This document shows, in pieces, positions 51,189 through 58,446 of a stretch of 58,446 nt of DNA. Position 1 is the stretch's first letter, and each line of letters starts with the position of its first letter. The stretch is from a virus (lineage: Duplodnaviria; Caudoviricetes): IMG/VR virus record IMGVR_UViG_3300025012_000101, positions 1-58,446 of that record. The stretch is one strand, 5' to 3'. The notes beneath the pieces were generated by a model. The model searched no databases. It saw nothing but the letters and a program-made list of their open reading frames with translations, and was not told the DNA's origin. A program made the position numbers and the translations under genes.

Positions 51189-54100
51189 ATGGCACAGCAA
51201 TGGAAAGCAGTTGAAGGCGCTGCGAAGAACGATAGCGGAGAATACCAGGCGCTTGTTGGCGGGAAGTGGCAGCCGGTAGCGGGCGCGGCGAAGAATGACG
51301 CTGGCGAGTACATGGCGCTGATGGATGATGCGCCACCCGGATTGCTTGACCGCGCAACCGCTGCTGTAAAGTCCGGCCTGTCTTCCATTGACTCTGCGCT
51401 ATCCGCGCCGAAGTCTGTGATGGATGGCTATGTCGATGATCGCCAATCGAAGTCGGCAGCAAACCCAAGCCTTGGTCAATCCGGGCTGAGTCAAGCCGGT
51501 TATGGACGCGCCGTGAGTATGGCGCGCGCCGGTTCTGTGCCTGAACAGGATGGTGACATTGTGTCCAGGGCGGTCAATGTAGCCAGTGGTGACACTCGGG
51601 CTATGGCAGGCCGGCAGGCTGTTGACGATGCCGCAGATCAGATAAAGGCTGAGCAGCAAACGCAGGCCGCGCAAGACAAGGCATTTCGTACTGATCATCC
51701 GATCATGTCCGGGTTCGCGTCTGGAGCCTCACAACTTGCCGAATCTGTAGCCGATGCTCCACAGTTCGCTAACGACACCATTAAGGAAGTGGCAATCAAC
51801 CCATTCATGCGTCTGTTCGGCCAAGAACCATTGAAACCGACTGAGCGATTCTCTATTGCAAAAGACCTTGAGAACACATCGAACGCGCTGCGCCCAGACA
51901 TTGCGAACAAGAAATTATCCGAACTGAAAGGAATGGGCGATTACACGGACTGGATCGCGGCGCAGGCCGCCATTCAAGCACCGCAAATCGTCGGTTCAAC
52001 TGGCGCTGCTTTCATTCCAAAGTTGCGCGCCGCATATCTTGGAATGATGGGCGTTACATCCGGTGCATTGCAATACCAGCAAGACCTCGAAAAGAACGTA
52101 ACTCAACGCCGCGCATGGTTGGACGGAGTAACCAATGGAGCATTCGAGGCTCTAGGCGAGGCGCTTCCGTTCGCGGCGTTCGATAAGATTGGTGCGCTTG
52201 TGATGAGAATGCCAGCGTCGCAACGCGCACCGTTCATTGCAGAGGCTGTCAAGAAAACGCTTGCGGCTACCGGGGCGATGGTAGGGCAGCACGCCTCAGA
52301 GGGTGTGTCAGAAGCTTTCACGCAGGCAGGTCAAAACGCATCACAGAACTACATTGCTGAAATCCCTACCGGGCTAATGGATAACGTACCCGAAGCTGGA
52401 GCAATCGGCGCAATCATGGCGACACCGATGGCCTTGTCTCACGGCTACCACGCGGCGCGTCAGCCGCAATCAGCCGGCGCAGCACTCGGTAATTCCCTGC
52501 AATCCGAAGTAGATGGCAATCAATTCGACAAGCGCGCCATCACCGAGGACGCGCTACGTGCCTTGTCTCCCACTGGCAAGCTACCCACGCCGCTCACCGC
52601 AAAGGCTGCCGAAGCATCGGCGCGTCAAAAATCTATCGTCACCGGCCAGCCGCACCAGGTTATTGAGCATCCAGCAGAAGCGGGGAAATTTACCGCCGTG
52701 CCTGCCACTGTTGCGCAGGAGGTTGAGCAGAAAGCCGCCGCAATTCAGCCAGAGATTCAGGCAGAAGATGCCGCCATGCTGCAACAGGCCGAGGAATTCG
52801 GACAGGCACCCGTCGATCACTTCGCCAATGGCGTAACACCCGAGGCGCTGGACAGCCTATTTGCAGAGTCGCGCGCCAAGGCCGCTGCAAAAGTTGCACA
52901 ACCTATCGCAGCACCGGCCACGCCAATTCAGGAAATCGCACCGATTCAGGTTACTCCATCGACAACAATTCAAGAATTATCGACAACTTTCCCCGACTTC
53001 AATACCTGGAAGCAGGGTAAGGCCGGCACGCCTGATGACCTCGAAGCGCAGTGGTTCGCAGATCAAAAGGTGCATGCGAAAGCCAAGGCAATGCAGGACA
53101 TTATCCCAGCCAATCCGATTGATGCCGCTGCACATGATGCGGCCACCTCACCGCTCAATGACTTGCCCGAGCCAACGCAGGCACAGAAAGAGGCTGGTAA
53201 CTACAAGAAGGCGCATATCAAGCTGCACGGGCTGGACATTGCCATAGAGAACCCGAAGGGATCGGAGCGCAGCGGCATAGACCCGAACGGAGAGGCATGG
53301 AGCGTTGCGCTTCCGGATCACTACGGGTATATCAAGCGCACCAGTGGCGCGGATGGCGATCATGTTGATACCTATATCGGAAACAATCCGGAAAGCCTGC
53401 ATGTATTCGTAGTCGATCAGGTCAATGCCGACTCTGGCAAGTTCGACGAACACAAAATAATGCTCGGATTTAATAGCGTGGAAGATGCGATGCGCAGCTA
53501 TCAGGCCGCATTCAACGATGGGCGTGGGCATGCACGCATCGGCTCTATCACACCGATGACTGTTGACGCATTCAAGACATGGCTTAAGGAAGGCGAAACG
53601 AAGCAACCTGCTGCGCCTCAAGCATTTTGGAAAGGAAACCATGAAGCATCTGCCGCCAAACCATTACCTACTGACTCGCAACCCGATCATGGCGCAAGTA
53701 AAGCCGCTGGGAACATGGTACAGCCATCATCCGGAACTATCGGAAGCGATGCAGCTACCGTGGGAAGAGCTGCTGCTGTGGACGGCGGGATGGCTTCCGG
53801 AGAAGCGCAACGACATAGTGACGCAGAGGGTGCTGATGCACGACATGCTGCGGGGAGCGACACGGCAGTAACACCAGACGTAACCGGAGCAATCCGCGCC
53901 CACGTCGAGCAGCTTGTGAAGCGCCGCGCGGTCGCACAGCAAATCAAGCGCGGCGATTACTTCGGTGCCGCCCTGCAAGAAGCCAAGAATGCTATGGCCG
54001 GCAAGAAGGTATCCGCAGAGAAAATGCGCAAGCACGCCATCGCTTTCGCTTCGGATGTAAAGCTGGCTGACGCATTCAATGGCATCGCCGACGTTCTGGA

Positions 54101-57100
54101 AGCAAGCAGTCAAGCCAAGCAGCCAGCACAGAAGAAGCCGCAGCGTGCCTCGCATGACTTGTTGCAGCGCATCAAGCAGCTTGGTGGCATTGACGGAACA
54201 CTGGCGCTGGACATCACCGGCGAGGCGCGCGCGCCCGGCGGATGGAAGTTCGCCTTCAAGAAGGGCGGCACCGGCCTGGACGATTTGGCTACCATGCTGG
54301 CTGACGATGGGTTTATGATAGACACCAGCGACGTGGACGGTGGCGTGCAGCAGTTGCGCGACATGATCCGTGCGCACATCGGCGGCGAGCGCAACTTCAA
54401 GGCGAAGACGCTGGAAGCGTCGACCGAGGCAATGGCAAGCGAGCGCAACCTGGACGCACTGGCGCAGCGCGCTAACGAGCTGGGCATCAATTGGCGCAAC
54501 CTATCCGCACAGCAGTTGTCGGATGCCGTGTATGAGGCGGAAGATGCCTTGGCGATGGACGCACTTGATGCGGCAGATAATCCAGAAGAAGCTGCCGAAC
54601 TGTCAGACGCGGTATTTGATGGCGTGGTAGATGATGGAGATATTGAATTCACAGCAAGTACACCCGACGAAATAGCCGCATGGCTGGGAGAAGATGATGG
54701 ACAAGAAGGAAATGCAGGAACGGTTCAAGGCGTTGTCGCCGAAGGACAAGAAGCTGGTACTGGACGTAACGGCGGCACGAATCGCCAAGAAGCGGGAGTT
54801 GGACAAGAAGTTCTCCAAAGCTACACCGCCGCAGAAGTAACTCAGCGCGAAGCCGCACAGGATGCGCAGGAACGCGCCCAGCGCGCCGAAGAGGATGCGG
54901 CAAAGGCGGAGCAAGCCGCAAAGGATCAAGCCGCGCTAGATGCCAAAATCAAGGCGCGCACCGACAACCCAGAGAACTTCAAATTCGGTGAAAACAGCAA
55001 GCAGGCCGCAGCGCCGGTTTCCGACCTGTTCAATCAGCCGTCCGCATCAAGCAACCTAGAACTCCAGCGCGTCATCAAGAAGGCTTACGAAGTCGGCGTA
55101 AGCGCCGCGCGCATCAGCGAGATCGGCAATGACATTCCTGCGCTGACAGAGGAAATTGGCCGCGCCGTAATGGCGATGGGCAGCAAGCAAGCGGCAAAGC
55201 CAACCGCGAAGCAATCCGATAATGCCCTGACTGCCGCGCTGAATGAGTACGAGGAAACCGGCGAAATTGGAACAGTCGATGAATTGGCTGATCGCATCGA
55301 GTCTATGATTGACGAAGGCACTGCGCCTGAATCGTTGACTGAAGCTATAAAGCAGTACCGAGACGACCAAGCATACGACCGCGAGCTATCCGGGCGCGGC
55401 GACATGGATGCGGCGGAAGTAAGGCTGATTGCTGCGATCCGTGCGGCGTCAAATGAAAGCAAGCCAGAAGAAATCCTCGTCAAGCAGCCGTACAACGTCA
55501 ACACGATGGCCGGTATTGCCGAGTTCGAGCAAGCGAAAGAAACCGCATCCAGCGCCCCAGAAAACACAATCATCCGCGTCCGCATCGAGAAGGAAGGTCT
55601 GTATGAGCATGATCCGGTAAAAACTCTCTACGGCGCATTTGTGGCGAATGGCGACGGCACAGCAACATGGGCGCAAGCCACATTCCCGGCATCGAAGGAA
55701 ATCCCATCTGATGCGGAGATCATGGAATTGGCAGAATCAATCCGACTGCGCGACAAGGAAACCGAAGCCAAGATTGCCGAGCAGTCGCGCAAGAACAAGG
55801 CTGGACTGGCCGACAAAGGAATTGTGGTCGGGCTGGAATTGCAAAGCCCGTCAACCTATGTTCCGGGCAAAAAAGGCATGACCACGTTCACGCGCGCCAA
55901 AGTGGTGGCGATTGACGACCACGGAATTGCAGAGGTTCACGCCACACTCAAGGGATCGGGTAAGACCTATGTGTTCAAAGCGGATGCCGATAGTAGGCTG
56001 TTCGAGAAACTGGCAGAGAAAACTGAATTAACACAAGCCAAAAAACTCGAAGTCCTGAAAGCCCAGGCACAGGGCAAGATTAGCGGCGATCAGGCCGATG
56101 CGATGAAGCAATTGGCCGATGCCGGGGAACATGCGGCAGTGGATGAGGTGCTGAAGCCAGCGCAGGCCGAGCAACCCGAAATTTCTGATTCTGAATACGA
56201 TACGCTGATAGCGAGAGCAGAAAAAGAAAACTCGCTTGAGCCAAGATCGATGCGCAGAGCCGCATTTGTTGAAGGAGTTAATGACGGGATGTACGGAAAC
56301 CCGCAGAAGCGAACAAATGCAGACGCTTACCGAGAAGGTTACGCATGGGGAATTGAGAATAAGCCATCCAAGGCCGAGCAACCAGCCAGCGTAGAGGGTG
56401 CGCCTATCGAGGATTTTGGCGAAAAAATATCCGGTGCGCGCAAGGAATACGCCGCCGCCTACAAAGATAAGATGGATGCCGCGAAGGGCATGGACATTCT
56501 CGCACAGCCGCTGTCGAAGTCGTGGCCAGAGCCGGACTATCAGAAGCTGGTTGATGCCGGAAATGACAAGAGCATCGTCGGGCTGGTGCGCTCGATGCGC
56601 GACGAAATCCCGAATAAGCCCGGCAAGTCATACCGCCAAAAGACCTGGGCGGCACAAGTTGAACTGCTGCGCGACACCGCCGACAAGCTGCTGAACGATC
56701 AAGCATTCGCGGACAAGTTCGTCAGCGACATGAAGAAGGTTGAGCATCTTAAACTGGATGATGTAATTAATGGCCGCGCCGAGCTGTATGCCTTGCTCGG
56801 ACATGAAAAATCCCTGAAGGGAATCCGCATATCGCGCAGCCAGTATGGCGTTTACAACGGCGTCCCATTTAACCCGCCTAAGATCATTTGGGAAGTCACT
56901 AAGGATGCGAAGGCTACTGCGTTCGGCAACATGCCCAGGACGCTCGGCAGCGGCGACACGCGGCAGGCTGCAATCGACTCGTTCACCAAAGCATATTCCA
57001 CGCTGGATACCAGCAAAGAGAAGGACAACAAGACCAAGTTCGACCTGTACGCAAATAGGTACGCCAAGGCTGGCGACAAAGGGCAGTATTTCATCGGCAA

Positions 57101-58446
57101 GAAGGTGGGGCGCAACGTCATTCACATCAAGGACGGGCTCGATACCGTTAAGGAAGCGCGCGTCTACGCGGCAGAGCACAACGATGAGCTGACTGCCATC
57201 CTTGAGCAAAAGAAGGCAATACCCAACGAGCGCTACGACACCAACCAGCCGCGTGTTGGGCAGGATATGCGCAACGGGCAGGATGTCACGCCGCAGATGT
57301 TCTCAGATGCCTTCGGCTTCCGTGGGGTGCAATTCGGGAATTATGTGGAGGGCGCGCGTCGGCAGAAAGACTTGAACGATGCCTACGATGCGCTGATGGA
57401 CTTGGCCGCCGTGCTGGACATTCCGCCCAAGGCGTTGTCGCTGAATGGCGAACTCGGGCTGGCCTTCGGCGCACGCGGCACAGGCGGAAAGAACCCGCAT
57501 TCCGCCCACTATGAATCCGGCCAAGTTGTCATTAACCTAACCAAAGGCAGCGGAGCGGGCAGTCTGGCGCATGAATGGTGGCACGCACTAGACAGCTATT
57601 TCTCGCGCGTTGCGGGGAAGAAAGACGATTTCGCCACTGACCGACCAGATGTCTCGCTGGCCGCGCGCGACGCGAAGTATTATTTCAATAATGACGGCAT
57701 CCGCAAGGAAATGATCGAAGCGTTCGGCGCGGTCGTGAAGGCCATCAACGGAACGGCCATCAAGCAGCGTTCCGGCTCGCTCGATGCGCGCCGCACGAAA
57801 GAATACTGGGGCACCGGCATTGAGATGTCAGCGCGCTCATTCGAGCGCTACGTGATCGCCAAGCTGCATGACAACGGATTCGCAAACGATTATCTGGCAA
57901 ACGTGGTATCGGAAAAATACTGGAACGCGGCAGAAGCATTGGGCATCGGTGAAGGTGGAAGCTACCCGTACCCGACAGAATCAGAACTGCCGGCCATTCG
58001 CGGCGGGTTCGATAAGTTCTTCCAGACCATTGAGTCCAAGGAAACCGACAAGGGCGTGGCGATGTTCAGCCGAGGCGAGCAGGTAGGCGGCCAAACCGTC
58101 GCCTCCGTCACCAAGTCCACCGCCCAACTCCGCGCCCGCTGGCTTGGCTTCCGTCGCGTCAAGATCGTGCAGTCGGTTAAGGAAGTTCCGAACGAAATCT
58201 ATCTGCGTGCGCTGCGTGCGCTCAAGCCAATCGATCAGGGCACAGAAGGGTTTTACGATCCCAAGACAAACACTGTCTACCTGATCGCGGACAATATCGC
58301 ATCGCCGGAGCGCGCGGCGTGGGTCGCAATCCATGAGGTTGTCGGGCATGGCGGGCTGCGCATGCTGGATGCAAAGGTGGCAGAGCATATCGACACCTTG
58401 GCGAAGAACACTACCGTAGCAAAGCTGGCGCGTGCGATTGCGGAGC
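51189..58446 (+). CDS. N-terminal part of a ~3,812-aa polyvalent ejection protein (iPPase-like and LPD1-like zincin domains)
   Basis: ATG at 51189 after an AAGGA RBS. In-frame spot checks: HYGYIKRTSGADGDHVD (53319), GVQFGNYV...LAFGARG...LAHEWWHALD (57570) and the ATG at 58362. It is absent from the ORF track, which is consistent with no stop before the contig end. Confidence 0.85.
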   Translation, partial: MAQQWKAVEGAAKNDSGEYQALVGGKWQPVAGAAKNDAGEYMALMDDAPPGLLDRATAAVKSGLSSIDSALSAPKSVMDGYVDDRQSKSAANPSLGQSGLSQAGYGRAVSMARAGSVPEQDGDIVSRAVNVASGDTRAMAGRQAVDDAADQIKAEQQTQAAQDKAFRTDHPIMSGFASGASQLAESVADAPQFANDTIKEVAINPFMRLFGQEPLKPTERFSIAKDLENTSNALRPDIANKKLSELKGMGDYTDWIAAQAAIQAPQIVGSTGAAFIPKLRAAYLGMMGVTSGALQYQQDLEKNVTQRRAWLDGVTNGAFEALGEALPFAAFDKIGALVMRMPASQRAPFIAEAVKKTLAATGAMVGQHASEGVSEAFTQAGQNASQNYIAEIPTGLMDNVPEAGAIGAIMATPMALSHGYHAARQPQSAGAALGNSLQSEVDGNQFDKRAITEDALRALSPTGKLPTPLTAKAAEASARQKSIVTGQPHQVIEHPAEAGKFTAVPATVAQEVEQKAAAIQPEIQAEDAAMLQQAEEFGQAPVDHFANGVTPEALDSLFAESRAKAAAKVAQPIAAPATPIQEIAPIQVTPSTTIQELSTTFPDFNTWKQGKAGTPDDLEAQWFADQKVHAKAKAMQDIIPANPIDAAAHDAATSPLNDLPEPTQAQKEAGNYKKAHIKLHGLDIAIENPKGSERSGIDPNGEAWSVALPDHYGYIKRTSGADGDHVDTYIGNNPESLHVFVVDQVNADSGKFDEHKIMLGFNSVEDAMRSYQAAFNDGRGHARIGSITPMTVDAFKTWLKEGETKQPAAPQAFWKGNHEASAAKPLPTDSQPDHGASKAAGNMVQPSSGTIGSDAATVGRAAAVDGGMASGEAQRHSDAEGADARHAAGSDTAVTPDVTGAIRAHVEQLVKRRAVAQQIKRGDYFGAALQEAKNAMAGKKVSAEKMRKHAIAFASDVKLADAFNGIADVLEASSQAKQPAQKKPQRASHDLLQRIKQLGGIDGTLALDITGEARAPGGWKFAFKKGGTGLDDLATMLADDGFMIDTSDVDGGVQQLRDMIRAHIGGERNFKAKTLEASTEAMASERNLDALAQRANELGINWRNLSAQQLSDAVYEAEDALAMDALDAADNPEEAAELSDAVFDGVVDDGDIEFTASTPDEIAAWLGEDDGQEGNAGTVQGVVAEGQEAGTGRNGGTNRQEAGVGQEVLQSYTAAEVTQREAAQDAQERAQRAEEDAAKAEQAAKDQAALDAKIKARTDNPENFKFGENSKQAAAPVSDLFNQPSASSNLELQRVIKKAYEVGVSAARISEIGNDIPALTEEIGRAVMAMGSKQAAKPTAKQSDNALTAALNEYEETGEIGTVDELADRIESMIDEGTAPESLTEAIKQYRDDQAYDRELSGRGDMDAAEVRLIAAIRAASNESKPEEILVKQPYNVNTMAGIAEFEQAKETASSAPENTIIRVRIEKEGLYEHDPVKTLYGAFVANGDGTATWAQATFPASKEIPSDAEIMELAESIRLRDKETEAKIAEQSRKNKAGLADKGIVVGLELQSPSTYVPGKKGMTTFTRAKVVAIDDHGIAEVHATLKGSGKTYVFKADADSRLFEKLAEKTELTQAKKLEVLKAQAQGKISGDQADAMKQLADAGEHAAVDEVLKPAQAEQPEISDSEYDTLIARAEKENSLEPRSMRRAAFVEGVNDGMYGNPQKRTNADAYREGYAWGIENKPSKAEQPASVEGAPIEDFGEKISGARKEYAAAYKDKMDAAKGMDILAQPLSKSWPEPDYQKLVDAGNDKSIVGLVRSMRDEIPNKPGKSYRQKTWAAQVELLRDTADKLLNDQAFADKFVSDMKKVEHLKLDDVINGRAELYALLGHEKSLKGIRISRSQYGVYNGVPFNPPKIIWEVTKDAKATAFGNMPRTLGSGDTRQAAIDSFTKAYSTLDTSKEKDNKTKFDLYANRYAKAGDKGQYFIGKKVGRNVIHIKDGLDTVKEARVYAAEHNDELTAILEQKKAIPNERYDTNQPRVGQDMRNGQDVTPQMFSDAFGFRGVQFGNYVEGARRQKDLNDAYDALMDLAAVLDIPPKALSLNGELGLAFGARGTGGKNPHSAHYESGQVVINLTKGSGAGSLAHEWWHALDSYFSRVAGKKDDFATDRPDVSLAARDAKYYFNNDGIRKEMIEAFGAVVKAINGTAIKQRSGSLDARRTKEYWGTGIEMSARSFERYVIAKLHDNGFANDYLANVVSEKYWNAAEALGIGEGGSYPYPTESELPAIRGGFDKFFQTIESKETDKGVAMFSRGEQVGGQTVASVTKSTAQLRARWLGFRRVKIVQSVKEVPNEIYLRALRALKPIDQGTEGFYDPKTNTVYLIADNIASPERAAWVAIHEVVGHGGLRMLDAKVAEHIDTLAKNTTVAKLARAIAE
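58318..58443 (+). repeat. Terminal direct repeat, right copy
   Basis: Identical to 1-126. Confidence 0.95.

Noticed and set aside
51399-58388. Many short ORFs in the track suggesting a gene-poor or degraded region
   Set aside because: The region is occupied by one giant plus-strand ORF that runs off the contig end.
58318-58446. 126-bp terminal repeat as a biological terminal repeat of the virion DNA
   Set aside because: It falls mid-gene and its length fits an assembler k-mer overlap; treated as a circularity artefact.

Overview
The window is a complete, circularly closed temperate phage genome of about 58.3 kb. Positions 1-126 repeat at 58318-58443, giving a unit length of 58,317 bp. The layout is lambdoid with a podovirus-like virion module (933W-type portal, N4-gp56-type capsid, no tape measure seen). 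It carries a tyrosine integrase, an intact attP whose core is the 3' end of a tRNA (probably Leu), a leftward early operon, a cI/cro switch with five 14-bp operators, replication and nin-like genes with three DNA methyltransferases in total, lysis, packaging, head and tail genes, and a ~3,800-aa polyvalent ejection protein that spans the contig junction. The host is probably a betaproteobacterium (inference). The main result is two independent, apparently intact diversity-generating retroelements (DGRs). DGR-2 (41153-44423, +) is the classical BPP-1-like tropism type acting on a tail-fibre C-type-lectin tip. DGR-1 (8933-17133, -) is unusual. It lies inside the early operon among recombination and nucleotide-metabolism genes, its accessory protein is a MutS-domain-I/Avd fusion, and its template repeat sits inside the 5' end of the RT reading frame. 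It diversifies two paralogous, non-structural-looking proteins, one adjacent and one about 6 kb away. Hand alignment shows adenine-only TR/VR mismatches for all three VRs (15, 16 and 18 of 115 nt). Other points of interest are a C5 methyltransferase split over two overlapping reading frames with a G10 tract, and a parS-like palindrome beside attP. All family assignments come from motif recognition by eye; no database searches were run.
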